Assembly: GCA_963776385.1 (NCBI GenBank)
Contig: CAVZME010000011.1
Span: 202,807-266,806 of the forward strand
DNA from: an uncultured Chloroflexia bacterium
GTDB lineage: Bacteria > Chloroflexota > Limnocylindria > Limnocylindrales > CSP1-4
DNA length: 64,000 nt
Direction: 5' to 3'
In this document: positions 19,236 through 29,725 of the stretch, piece after piece
Numbering within the stretch: the first letter of the stretch is position 1
Layout: every line of letters starts with the position of its first letter
The notes under the pieces: model-generated
Seen by the model: only the letters and a program-made list of their open reading frames with translations
Told to the model about the DNA's origin: nothing
The model's database searches: none
Position numbers and translations under genes: made by a program

Positions 19236-19808
19236 TCAGAGGCCGGACGCGCCGGCGATGTCGTCGTCGACGGACGGCGCCGCGTCGTCCCCGGAGACCT
19301 TCTTCGCCCTTTCGCGGATCTTCGCGAGCCGCGCCTGGAAGCCTTCGTCGTCCGTCCGGAAGAGCCAGTTCGTGGTGGCCTTCGTCGCGCTGGACAGCAA
19401 CGGCCGGGCGACGGTCAGGAGCAGCAGCGTCCGGATCCGCGTCCGGTCGCGCTGGGCCTGCTTGGCATACGCCGCGAAGTCGCGCTCGAGGGCACCGCGG
19501 ACCTTCCGCCCGTCATTCCCGAGTTCGCGCAGCGCCTTCTCGACCTCGTCCGGCAGCATCGACTCCGGCAGCGGTTCAGGCGCCCCGAAGACCGCCCGCT
19601 TGCCGCGACGGAAGATCCGTTTCGGTCCACCGAGGACGATGAACGCGGTCCCACCCGCGACGGCGGCGGCCCTGCCCGGGCTTCGTCGGATCTTGGCGGG
19701 CACATCCACCGCAGCGCGAGCGGAGGCCTCGAGGACCTCCAGTTCCTCGCCCAGCGCGGCGCGGGCCGCTAGGACCCGATCCCGGGCGGCATCCGTTTCT
19801 GTAGCCAC
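19236..19808 (-). CDS. DUF3618-like protein
   Basis: GTG start at 19808 with AAGGAG 8 nt upstream. The N-terminal coiled segment ETDAARDRVLAARAALGEELEVLEASARAAVDVPAKIRRSP, a TM segment, then a basic/acidic tail resemble the DUF3618 family. Overlaps the upstream gene by 40 nt. Confidence 0.5.
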   Translation of the reverse strand: MATETDAARDRVLAARAALGEELEVLEASARAAVDVPAKIRRSPGRAAAVAGGTAFIVLGGPKRIFRRGKRAVFGAPEPLPESMLPDEVEKALRELGNDGRKVRGALERDFAAYAKQAQRDRTRIRTLLLLTVARPLLSSATKATTNWLFRTDDEGFQARLAKIRERAKKVSGDDAAPSVDDDIAGASGL

Positions 19809-20750
19809 TCGAGGGTCTCCTTGCTGGTATCGATGGTCTGGACGGGCGTGAACCTGGTCTTGAGCGCCTCGACGTCGATCCCGGTCCGCGACACGTCGAG
19901 GGCCATCAGCGCCATCCACGTGAGATAGCCGACGAAGATGCCGATGCCGGCGCCGACCTGCGGACTGAAGGTGATGGCCGTGAATGCGCCCAGAGCGACG
20001 CCGAACACGGTGAGACCGGCCCAGGCGACGAAGCGCCCGCCGCCGCCGCTGTTCATCCGGATCGCCACCACGATGCCGACGATGAGGCCGAGTGCCCCGC
20101 CGATGCAACACTCCGACGACGAGCGGGCGGACGCCCGGGTCGACGGCAAGGCCCGTCCGGTCACCGATGGTCGCGTACAGCTGGTTGAGGAGGTCGAGAC
20201 CCAGGACGACCCCGATGACGATGCCGACGACGATCGACACGAGCAACGCGCCGCCGATCCGCCGCCCGGAGATCCCGACGGCGAGGAGGACCGCGGCCAT
20301 CGCGACCGAGAGGAACAGCTCGACGCCGTGGACGACGCCCCAGCCCATCGACCCGAGGACCCACTCCCCGATCCCGAGCGACGTGCCGATGACGAGGAGG
20401 AAGACGGCGAAGACGACGAGCAGGAAGGCAAGGAAGCCGAGCGCCGCGACCTGACCGACCTCGCGCGCGATGGCGCCCGCCTCCGCCTTGGCAAGGTCGA
20501 TGTGGGCGACGACGAGCGCCATCGCCGCGTCGCGGGTGGCGCCGATCTGGGCGCGCAGGCCGGGCGGCGCGCGGCGAGGACCGCGTGGCGGCACCGAGCC
20601 GGAGCCGCCGGGCGGCCGCGGTGCGTCGGCCGGCGGCGGCGCGTCGGCGGCGGCGGTGGTGCGGGTCGTTGGTCGGATCGTCCAGGGTCGTGCTCCGGCT
20701 GGCGTCGTGGCTGGGGGTCCGCGGCGATGATACCAGCGCATCGGCGGCAT
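19769..20750 (-). pseudogene. multi-TM membrane protein with N-terminal Holin-X-like (phage holin family) segment, one frame break
   Basis: VVAHIDLAKAEAGAIAREVGQVAALGFLAFLLVVF resembles the actinobacterial Holin-X family. The hydrophobic sequence continues in ORF 19769..20494 (IGGALGLIVGIVVAIR...). The junction is about 20100-20115. The start (ATG 20750 or 20741) is uncertain. Confidence 0.45.
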
Positions 20751-20784
20751 CCAGCCCCGGTCGGCGGACGCTACGCTGGCAGCG

Positions 20785-22029
20785 ATGCCCGGAACCGAAC
20801 CTCGCCGCCTGCTGACCGCCGAGCTCCTGAGCATCGGGACGGAGCTGACCGTCGGCGACACCCGCGACACGAATGCCGGCGAACTGGCACGTTCGTTGAC
20901 GGACGCCGGCGTGCGCGTCGGGCGCCTGACCGCCCTGCCCGACGATCTCGCCGTGGTGACCGAGGCGTTCGCCGCCGGGCTCACGCGCGCGGACATCGTC
21001 ATCTCGACCGGCGGCCTGGGACCGACGCCCGACGACCTGACCCGGGAGGCGATCGCGGCAGCCTGCGGGGAGACGGTCGCCATCGATCCGACACTCGAGG
21101 CCTGGTTGCGCGAACTCTGGCGTCGGCGCGAGATGGCGTTCCCCGAACTGAACCTGAAGCAGGCCTGGCGGATCCCGTCGTCGCAGCCGCTCGCCAACCC
21201 CAATGGCACGGCGCCGGGCTGGTTCGTGACCCGCCCGGATGGCCGGATCGTCGTGGCGATGCCCGGTCCGCCGCGCGAGATGCGCCCGATGTGGACCGAC
21301 CAGGTCCTGCCGCGCCTTCGGGACCGCGGCCTCGGGGCGGACGTCGCGTCACGGACCTATCGCCTGGCGGGTATCGGCGAATCGCAGCTCGCGGAACTCC
21401 TCGGCGAGTCGCTCCTGCGGTCGTCCAATCCGATCGTCGCCACCTACGCCCGAGCCGAGGCCGTCGATGTCCGGGTCTCTGCCGTCGCTGACGCAGGACG
21501 ATCGGCGGCAGAACTGGTCGAGACGGCAGCGGCCGAGGTCCTGGCACACATCGACCGGTACGTCTGGGCGACGGGTGACATCACCTGGAGCCAGGCGATC
21601 GGGGCACGCCTCGCGGACCTCGGTTGGACGATGGCCATCGTCGAGATCGGGACGGGCGGCAGCCTGAACGCGCTCCTCGGCGATGCCCCGTGGATCCGCT
21701 TCGATGAGTCGATCGCAGCCGACGCGCCCGCGGCCGGCGCCCATGGACTTGCCACCGACGACACCGGCAACGACGACGCGGACGACCCGGACGACCTCGA
21801 ACGCTATGCGCTGCGCGCCCGCGAGCTCGGTGGCGCTGACGTCGGACTCGCAGTGCGGGCGCGTCCGCGGACCGGCGACACCGCTGTCTCGATCGCGATC
21901 TCGACCCCGCACGGTTCGCGTCGGGTCCGCCGGAGCGTCTTCCTCACCGGGCCGATGGGGCGCTCCAGGTCGGCCCTCACGGCGGCCGCCAGCCTGCTCG
22001 AGGCGCTGCGCGAGGACCGACCGGCCTAA
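20785..22029 (+). CDS. cinA: competence/damage-inducible protein CinA (MoCF-binding plus nicotinamide-nucleotide amidase domains)
   Basis: 414 aa, intact. AELLSIGTELTVGDTRDTNAGELA, ISTGGLGPTPDDLTREA, PNGTAPGW. A C-terminal CinA domain is present. Confidence 0.9.
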   Translation: MPGTEPRRLLTAELLSIGTELTVGDTRDTNAGELARSLTDAGVRVGRLTALPDDLAVVTEAFAAGLTRADIVISTGGLGPTPDDLTREAIAAACGETVAIDPTLEAWLRELWRRREMAFPELNLKQAWRIPSSQPLANPNGTAPGWFVTRPDGRIVVAMPGPPREMRPMWTDQVLPRLRDRGLGADVASRTYRLAGIGESQLAELLGESLLRSSNPIVATYARAEAVDVRVSAVADAGRSAAELVETAAAEVLAHIDRYVWATGDITWSQAIGARLADLGWTMAIVEIGTGGSLNALLGDAPWIRFDESIAADAPAAGAHGLATDDTGNDDADDPDDLERYALRARELGGADVGLAVRARPRTGDTAVSIAISTPHGSRRVRRSVFLTGPMGRSRSALTAAASLLEALREDRPA

Positions 22030-22036
22030 GACCCGG

Positions 22037-22736
22037 TCAGCGGTGGGACGCCGCCACGAGGCCGGCAAGGTCGGTCACGGAGATCCCGTCTCGATCGAGC
22101 CGGACGAAGCCTGCGTCGCTGAATTGGCCGAGCAGCTTGTTCACGCTCTGACGCGTGCAGCCGACCATCGAGGCCAGTTCGGCCTGGGTGAGGCTCGCCC
22201 GCAGGTGGATGGCCCCGTCGACGCCTTGCCGGACCCGATTCCCCGGCCAGCCGGACGAGTCGGGCCGCCAACCGCCCCGTCATGTCGAGGAAATGGAGCT
22301 CCTCCACGTGGGTGGTCAGGCGACGGAGCTCGCCGGCGATCGAGGCGAGCAGGGCATCCCGGATCACGGGCTCGGTGGCGACCAATTCCCGGAACCTGTC
22401 GCGGGGCAGGACGACCGTCTCCGTCGCAACGAGCGCCGCGGCGGTGGCGGACCGCGGAGCCCCGTCAAGGAGGGCCAGCTCGCCGAAGACGTCGCCCTCG
22501 TTGAGGGTCGTCAGGATGGCCTCTTCGCCCGATTCCGACGGAACCGCGATCTTCACCTCGCCGCTGACGATGATGAACAGGGCGTCACCGGGATCACCAG
22601 CGTGGAAGATGACTTCGCCTCTGCGGAAGCGGCGCGTCCGGGTCCCGGCGGCGACTCGCTCCAGGGCGGCGGCATCAAGGCCCGAGAAGAACGGGATCCG
22701 GGCCAGGGAGGCGACGAGCGGACGGCCGGCGAGCAT
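22037..22736 (-). pseudogene. Crp/Fnr-family transcriptional regulator, one frame break
   Basis: The cNMP-binding domain (FFSGLD..., GDALFIIVSGEVKI, FGELALLDGAPRSATA) is in ORF 22026..22946. The C-terminal HTH (LTQAELASMVGCTRQSVNKLLGQF) is in the adjacent frame and ends at TGA 22037-22039. Removing one base of the C4 run at 22241-22244 restores LAGNRVRQGVDG. Confidence 0.85.
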
Positions 22737-22870
22737 GCGCGAGCATCCTAGCGCCCCGCGAGCGTCACGCCAGCCCCGTTGCGCTCGCGCACAGCATGTC
22801 CGTCGCCCGACATCGCAGAGGTCGTGACGCGGCTGCAGGGCACCGGCCGCAGCGCCTACCATCTGCGGCG

Positions 22871-23677
22871 ATGACCGACGCCCCCGTCCGACGTCTTCAG
22901 ATGACCGTGCTCGGATGCAGCACGGCAGCCCCGCACCCGGCGTCACCCGCCTCGGGCTATCTCGTGGACTGGGACTCGACCTCCATCCTTCTCGACGCGG
23001 GACAGGGCGTGGCCCGCCGCCTGGCCCGCCGGATGGATCCGCGGACGCTCAGCGCGGTCATCATCGGCCACATGCACGCCGATCACTACATCGACCTGGC
23101 CGCCCTGCGCTATCTGTTCCCGTGGGGCGCCGAGGCGCAGACCCGTCTGCCGGTCTACTTGCCGCCCGGAGGTCGGGACCGGATGACAGCGCTCGCACGC
23201 GCGATCTCGGAGCGACCGGGCTTCTTCGACAGCGCATTCGACATCGCCGAGTACGACACCGATGAACCGCTGCGGATCGGGCCATTGACGGTCCGTCTGC
23301 AACCCAGCCGGCATTACGTCCCAGCCTGGGCGGCCTCGATCGAGACGCCCGATGGCATCCGTCTCGTGTATACCGGGGACACCGGACCCGACGATGCCGC
23401 GGTGGACTTCGCGCGCGGGGCTGACCTGCTGCTCGTCGAGGCCGCCTTGCGCTCGGCTGCGGACGATGACTCGGTTCGCGGCCACCTGACCGTCGAGGAG
23501 GCGATCGACCTGGCACGACGAGCCGAGGCTCGCACCACGCTGATCGTCCATTTCGATCCTGACCGGCTCGATGAGATACAGGCCAGATGCAAGGAGGCCG
23601 GCCCGTGGATCAGGCCCGCCCAGGCCGGCCTGTCGCTGTCGCTCACGCCTTCGATGGGGGGCGTGCCCGCGGTCTGA
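22871..23677 (+). CDS. MBL-fold metallo-hydrolase
   Basis: HMHADHYIDL (HxHxDH) motif and a ribonuclease-Z/beta-lactamase-like fold. Start at ATG 22871 (MTDAPVRRLQMTVLGCS). Confidence 0.85.
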   Translation: MTDAPVRRLQMTVLGCSTAAPHPASPASGYLVDWDSTSILLDAGQGVARRLARRMDPRTLSAVIIGHMHADHYIDLAALRYLFPWGAEAQTRLPVYLPPGGRDRMTALARAISERPGFFDSAFDIAEYDTDEPLRIGPLTVRLQPSRHYVPAWAASIETPDGIRLVYTGDTGPDDAAVDFARGADLLLVEAALRSAADDDSVRGHLTVEEAIDLARRAEARTTLIVHFDPDRLDEIQARCKEAGPWIRPAQAGLSLSLTPSMGGVPAV

Positions 23678-25796
23678 GGCTCGAGTGCGCGCCGCCAGCC
23701 ATTGCCGACTCGGCTGCGGTTCGGAACCGTGCTTCCTCTGACGGCTCCTTGGTCAGCTCCGCCGCGCTACGCCAGAAGCCGGCCGCCTCGGATGCAGCGC
23801 CCATCGACTGGGCCGCAGATGCTGCCTCGACGAGCAGCGGGATGGCCCGTTCGGCATCGCCCGAGGCCGCCCGGTGGACCGCCAGCGCAGGGACCGAGAC
23901 GGGCCGCACTCCAGCTTCGATGCGATCGGCGAGCCGGGCGTGCAGGCGGCGCCGGCGCGAGGCGAGGAGCCCGGCGTATGCCGCGTCGTGCACAAGGGGG
24001 TGGCTGAAGCGCCAGACGCCGCCGTCAAGGGGAACGACGAGCGCGGACTCGGCCAGCCTGTCGAGGGCTCCCGTCGGGATCGGTCGCTCCAGCAGGTCCT
24101 CGAGCTCGTCGTCCCGGAATCCGATCCCGATGACGGAGGCGACACGGAGCACGTCCCGCGCCGGCCCGTCGAGGCCGTCGATGCGTGCGCCGAGGACGGC
24201 CCGCAGGGTCAGCGGCACTTCGGAGCCCTGGATTCGACGAGGCTCATCCGGCCGTCGCGCAGTTCGAGCGTGCCGTCCTCGATCGATGCTCGGACGGTCT
24301 CGCCGATGAACAGCGGGTTGCCCTGGGTCCGTTCGTGGATCTGGCGTGCATCGTCGGCATCGAGTGCGGCGCGGGCGACGATCGTGGCCAGCTGCGCCGT
24401 CTCTGGCGCGGTCAGGCCTGTCAGGTCGATCCGTTCGACGTGGGGTAGGGCCGCCCAGGCCGGCAGGGGACCCGGGCGCATCGTCGCGACGACGACAAGC
24501 GGCCGATCGTCGGCGGCGGTCACGATCTGTTCGAGGAGACCGATGCTCGACGTGTCGATCCAGTGGACATCGTCGAGGACGACCACGCGCGGGCCATCAT
24601 TCGCGAGGAGGCGTTCGACGTAGGCGATACCGACCTCCCCGAGGATCGCCGCGGTCTCGGTCGGATCGTCCGGGACGTGCTCGGCTTCCGCTTCCCAGCC
24701 GCTGAACGCGGCCGCCCGGGCGATGGCCGCGATCGCACCGCCATAGCGCCGGACGGTCGACCGCGTCCGTGTCGGCGTCGAACAGCAGCTGGCGCGCGAA
24801 GCTCCCCGAATCGATGCCGTGCTCCTCCGCGACCGCCTGCGCGAAGACACGGGCGAAGCGATACGGCTCGCCGCGCCCATACGACACGCTCTCGGTCCAG
24901 GTCCAGGCGAACCCGATCCCGCGGGCGTCCGGCTCCAGGTCGGCCACCAGTCGCGACTTGCCCATCCCGGCGTCGCCCGTCAACAGCACCACCGCTCCCT
25001 TGCCCGTGCGGCGCGTTCGGCGAAGGACCTTCCGGATCCGCGCCGCCTCGTCGCGACGACCGACCAGCGGGTTGTCGGAGCGAGGCGCGGTGACTCGTCG
25101 GCCAGGTCAGGCCGACCTCACCGGTCAGCGCGAACAGGCGGACGACCGAGGACTGGCCGCGCAGCACGACCGAGCCGCGATCGTCCACCGCCAGTCGATC
25201 GCGCGCGCCACGCACCGTCGCCTCGTCGAGCAGGATCTCGCCGGGCCGGGCCAGGGACTGGATCCGGGCGGCCGTCGTGATCGCCTCGCCCGTGACCGCG
25301 AAGTCGCCCGTCCCGTCGCCGCGTGATCCGGCGACCACCTCGCCGGTCGCCAGCCCGATCCGGACCTCGAGTGGCTCCCCGCCGTCGACAGGCTCGCGAA
25401 GTGAGGCACGGATCGCCAGTGCCGCGAGCGATGCGCGGACCGGATCGTCGTCGTGCGCCCGCGGCCAGCCGAAGACCGCGAAGACGGCATCGCCGATGAA
25501 CTTCTCGCGCGTCCCGTCGAGACGCTCGATCGTATCGGCCATCCCGCGAAGCGCGGCCCCGACGCGTGCCCGGACCTCTTCCGGATCGTGCTCGGCGATC
25601 ATCCGGACGTAGTCCACGAGGTCGGCGAACAGGGCGGTCACGACCCGCCGGTCGCCAGCCTCCCGCGGGCGCTGCCGTCTGCCCTTCGTGCCGTCGCCGT
25701 GCCGCGCGCCGGGCGCGGCGGGACGAGGTGCGCACCGCATTGGTCGCAGTAGCGGGCGCGCTTGGTCGTTGGGGCGCCGCATGATGGACACGGCAC
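23643..25796 (-). pseudogene. zinc-ribbon / class III adenylate-guanylate cyclase / AAA ATPase / helical-repeat regulator, four frame breaks
   Basis: GTG 25796 (GAGGAG upstream) gives VPCPSCGAPTTKRARYCDQCGAHL. The cyclase domain (VVTALFADLVDY, FIGDAVFAVFG) is in ORF 24520..25791. Walker A (LLTGDAGMGKSRL) is in ORF 24597..24992. VLDDVHWIDTSS is in ORF 24209..24880. The helical C-terminus is in ORF 23643..24218. Breaks are about 25700-25735, 25060-25100, 24760-24775 and 24215-24225. Confidence 0.75.
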
Positions 25797-25852
25797 GAGT
25801 CGGCTCCTCGGCGATTCCCTCGGCCCGCCAGTCTAGCGGCCCGTCCGACCGG

Positions 25853-26934
25853 TCAGGAGATCGTCAGCACCGGCTGCGCGGCGGCCGTGGCTGCACGGAC
25901 GCTCATCCGCGCGGCCACGACCTGGGCGATGGCGGTCATGGCGCGCGCCGGCCGGACCCGGCTCGCGCTGGGCCACCGCGGGGACACCGACGTCGCCCCC
26001 CTGGCGGACGGTGATGTCGAGCGGGATGCCGCCGAGATACTCGAGGTCATGCTCGGCCGCGAAGCGCTCGCCGCCGCCACGACCGAAGATCTCGGTCAGC
26101 TCGCCGCAATGGGGACAGGCGAACGCGGTCATGTTCTCGACCAGGCCGATGACCGGGACGCTCATCCGATGGAACATCGCGAGCGCCTTGCCGACATCGG
26201 CGAGCGACACCGCCTGGGGCGTCGTGACGAGCACGGCGCCCGAGATCGGCACGGCCTGGGCGAGCGTCAGCTGGGCATCGGACGTGCCCGGCGGAAGGTC
26301 GATGACGAGGTAGTCGAGCTCGCCCCAGTCAACGTCCCGCAGGAACTGCTGGATGGCGCCACCGACGAGGGGCCCGCGCCAGACGATCGGCTGACCTTCG
26401 GGCACGAAGAACTGGATCGAGATCGCCTTGACCCCGTAGCGCTCGAGCGGCGTGATCTTGTTGTTCTCGCTCGCCTTGGGCTGGCCCTCGAGGCCCGAGC
26501 ATCAGCGGGATGTTCGGGCCGGTGATGTCGGCATCGAGGAGGCCGACCGACGCGCCTGCCTGCGCCAGCGCGACCGCCAGGTTGACGCTGACCGTGCTCT
26601 TGCCGACGCCGCCCTTGCCCGACGCGACAGCGATGATGTTCTTGACGCCCGGCACCAGCTGCTCCGCCTGGCGCGGCTGCGAGCGGCGGACCATCGCGCC
26701 CCAGGTGATGTCGACGCTGGTCGCACCGATCGCACCCAGAGCGGCGTTCGTGGTCCGCTCGATCTCGTCTTTCAGCGGACAGGCCGGCGTCGTCAGCTCG
26801 ATGGTCATCGACAGCGCCGAGCCATCGATGACGACGTTCTTGACCATCTCGAGGCTGACAAGGTCGCGCCCGAGTTCGGGCTCCTGGACGGTCCGCATCG
26901 CGTCGATGACGGCGTCGTGGGTCAGGCTGGGCAT
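25853..26934 (-). pseudogene. mrp: Mrp/ApbC-family Fe-S cluster carrier ATPase, two frame breaks
   Basis: An N-terminal DUF59-like domain, then the deviant Walker [11 protein letters not shown] in ORF 26329..26934. The central part with CPHCG is in ORF 25833..26405. The C-terminal 40 aa are in ORF 25853..26080. The first break is an extra base at 26492-26493 (GGGCCTCGAG where GGGCTCGAG is expected). Confidence 0.85.
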
Positions 26935-27050
26935 CGGCGGTCGGGTCCCTTTCGGGTCAGGGTCGTGGGTGGTTCTGACGGTGGACGCGTCGATATCGTA
27001 CCGCGGGCGGTCGGCGACCGCGCTGGCCGGATGAGTCGAGCGCGAGCCGC

Positions 27051-27093
27051 GCGGATTTCGTCACGTGCGGCCCTTCGCAGCGACGAAATCCGC
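27051..27093. repeat. perfect 12-bp inverted repeat GCGGATTTCGTC-N19-GACGAAATCCGC in the mrp / pot divergent intergenic region
   Basis: Arms at 27051-27062 and 27082-27093. It lies upstream of both divergent genes, so it is not a conventional terminator position. Confidence 0.5.
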
Positions 27094-27128
27094 ACTGATG
27101 TGCTGCCGGGGCAGCGAGTCTCGCGTTC

Positions 27129-27158
27129 TTGACACTCCATGCCACGCGACCATATCCT
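27129..27158 (+). promoter_or_regulatory. candidate sigma-70-type promoter of the pot-like operon
   Basis: TTGACA (27129-27134), an 18-nt spacer, then TATCCT (27153-27158), about 65 nt upstream of the GTG start. Confidence 0.35.
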
Positions 27159-27222
27159 CGCCCGGTCCGAAGCCGCGCGTCGCGTGCGGGCGTCCCTCGT
27201 GTCGAGAGCCTACGGAGCGAAC

Positions 27223-28402
27223 GTGCCCACCGTCGATGTCAAGCTCGTGGACGTGGTCAAGATGTTCGGCGACGCGGTGGCGGTCGATCACATCGACCTC
27301 GAGGTCAAGGACGGCGAGTTCTTCAGCCTGCTCGGCCCATCCGGTTGCGGCAAGACGACGACCCTGCGGATGATCGGGGGGTTCGAGGAACCGACCTCCG
27401 GTCTGATCGAACTCCAGGGCGAGGACGTGACCTGGCTGCCCCCGTACAGGCGGAACGTCAACACGGTCTTCCAGAACTACGCCCTGTTCCCGCACCTGAC
27501 GATCCACGAGAACGTGGCGTTCGGCCTGCGTCGCAAGGGCGTCAAAGGCGGCGAGGTCGATCGCCGGGTCGCCGAGATGCTCGAGCTGGTCGAGCTGCCC
27601 GGCTTCGATCGCCGCAAGCCGACCCAGATCTCGGGTGGCCAGGCCCAGCGCGTGGCGCTGGCGCGGGCGCTGATCAACAAGCCGGCGGTCCTCCTGCTTG
27701 ATGAACCGCTTGGTGCCCTCGACCTCAAGCTGCGAAAGCAGATGCAGGTCGAGTTGAAGCGGATCCAGCAAGAGGTCGGCATCACGTTCATCTACGTGAC
27801 CCATGATCAGGAAGAGGCGATGACGATGTCGGATCGGATCGCCGTGATGAACAAGGGACGCTACGAACAGCTCGGTGATCCCGAAGCCCTGTACGAGCGC
27901 CCGGCGACGCGGTTCGTGGCGAGCTTCCTCGGGATCAGCAACCTGCTCGCGGGGACGGTGGAGGGGATCGACGGCAGCCACGCGACGGTCCGGCTGGCGG
28001 ACGACACCCGGATCCGGGCCCCACGTGGCTCCCTCGCCGCCGCCCAGACGCGTCAGCGTCGGCGTTCGTCCCGAGAAGATCAGGCTGCGCGAGACAACGG
28101 TCGAGTTGCCGGCGGGGCACAACGCGCTGTCGGGTGTGGTCGTGGACGCGTCGTACCTGGGTGTGAGCACGCAGTACCTCGTCGAGGCCCGCGGCGGTGC
28201 ACGTTTGACGGTCTTCGAACAGAATGTCGAGCGCGCGACGCGATCCGAACTCTGGACACCCGGGGAGGATGTCCAGATGTCCTGGTCTCCGGACCACTCC
28301 TTCGTCATCGCCGACGCCGAGCAACTCGCGACTAGCAGTCCCGCGCCATCCGTCGGGCCCGCCACCAACGGGCCCACCGCAATCACCGAGGAGATCTCAT
28401 GA
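27223..28402 (+). pseudogene. spermidine/putrescine-type ABC transporter ATP-binding protein (PotA-like), one frame break
   Basis: GTG 27223 with GGAG upstream. [45 protein letters not shown] and LLLDEP in the frame of ORF 27139..28335. The C-terminal TOBE-like domain ([10 protein letters not shown]...) is in ORF 27875..28402. The junction is about 28035-28060. Confidence 0.85.
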
Positions 28403-29691
28403 GTGACCGACTGACACCCGACCGCGGCGAGCTGACCCGACGCCGCTTCCTGCAGGGATCGGCGCTGACCGGCGTCGCCGCATTCCTCGCAGCGTGCTCC
28501 AGCAATTCCGGCGCCAGCGCGTCGGCGGCCGCCACGGCAGCGCCGTCGACCGGCGTTGCCCCCGCAGCGAGCGCAACGCCGGCAGGGAGTGCGGCACCGC
28601 TGGTGGCGTCAGGGCCGCTGAACTTCGCGAACTGGGACGCCTACATCGACCTGACGACGGTCCCCGGCCCGGACGGCAAGCTGGGCACCGATGACGACGA
28701 ATACGACCTTCCCTCGCCGACCCTCGACGACTTCAAGGCCAAGTACGGCGTGGAGATCAACTACAAGAACGCCGCGATCGACGAGAACGAGTCGTTCATG
28801 GGCACCATCCGGCCTCAGCTCGTCGCTGGGGCGGACACCGGCTGGGACCTGATCGTGCTGACCGACTGGATGGCCTCCAAGGTCGTCGCCGCCGGGTGGG
28901 CCGAGAAGATCGACCATGCCAACACCCCGACTGCCGTCGCGAACGTGCGTGACGAATTGAAGGACCAGCCATGGGATGCCACGTTCGACTACCACTTCCC
29001 GTGGCAGTCGTTCGCGACCGGCGTGGGCTACAACGTCAAGTCGACGGGTCGGGACCTGACCAAGGTCGCAGACCTCTTCGACCCGAAGTTCGCAGGGAAG
29101 GTCACGCTCCTCGAAGACCCGCATGACACCTTCCCGCTCATCCACCTGATGCTCCAGGCCCAGGGCAAGGCGTCGACCAACGATGCCGAGGTCATGACCG
29201 CGGACGACGGTCAGGTCGTGCACGACTACCTCAAGCCGTACGTCGAGAGCTCGCACGTCCGCGGCTTCACGGGGAACTCGTACCTTCAGGACTTCGCGAG
29301 CGGGGACACCTGGGCCGCCTTCGTGTGGTCCGGCGACTTGGCATCGTCCGGTGGCGAAGACGACCGGTTCATCTTCCCCGAGGAAGGGTCGATGATCGCG
29401 ACCGACAACATGATGATCCCGAAGGGTGCCCAGCATAAGTACACCGCGGAACTCATGATGGATTGGGTGTACGACGTGACACGGGCCGCCCGGCTCGCCA
29501 ACTTCATCTACTACATCTCGCCGGTCAAGGGCGTCGGCGAGGCGATCAAGGCCCTCGATCCGGAGCTGGCAACCAACCCGCTGTTGTTCCCGCCCGCCGA
29601 CGTGGTCGCCAAGCAGCATCCGCAGCCGACATGGGACGACGCGACCGAAACGAAGATCAACGAGCTGTACGCCGACCTGAAGGGCGTCTGA
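28399..29691 (+). CDS. polyamine ABC transporter substrate-binding lipoprotein (PotD/PotF-like) with Tat-type signal
   Basis: RRRFLQGSALTGVAAFLAACSS (twin-arginine plus lipobox). PotD-fold motifs. ATGA overlap with the upstream gene. Confidence 0.85.
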   Translation: MSDRLTPDRGELTRRRFLQGSALTGVAAFLAACSSNSGASASAAATAAPSTGVAPAASATPAGSAAPLVASGPLNFANWDAYIDLTTVPGPDGKLGTDDDEYDLPSPTLDDFKAKYGVEINYKNAAIDENESFMGTIRPQLVAGADTGWDLIVLTDWMASKVVAAGWAEKIDHANTPTAVANVRDELKDQPWDATFDYHFPWQSFATGVGYNVKSTGRDLTKVADLFDPKFAGKVTLLEDPHDTFPLIHLMLQAQGKASTNDAEVMTADDGQVVHDYLKPYVESSHVRGFTGNSYLQDFASGDTWAAFVWSGDLASSGGEDDRFIFPEEGSMIATDNMMIPKGAQHKYTAELMMDWVYDVTRAARLANFIYYISPVKGVGEAIKALDPELATNPLLFPPADVVAKQHPQPTWDDATETKINELYADLKGV

Positions 29692-29725
29692 ACCTAAGTC
29701 TCGGGGCGATGGGAGACGAAGACCG

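Noticed and set aside
19236-21209. A single 657-aa protein as drawn in the ORF track.
   Set aside because: It is a composite. The first ~150 codons are Arg/Ser/Pro-rich with no coding signal and are opposite cinA. The middle is the membrane protein, which then leaves this frame. The last 190 codons are a separate DUF3618-like gene with its own RBS and GTG.
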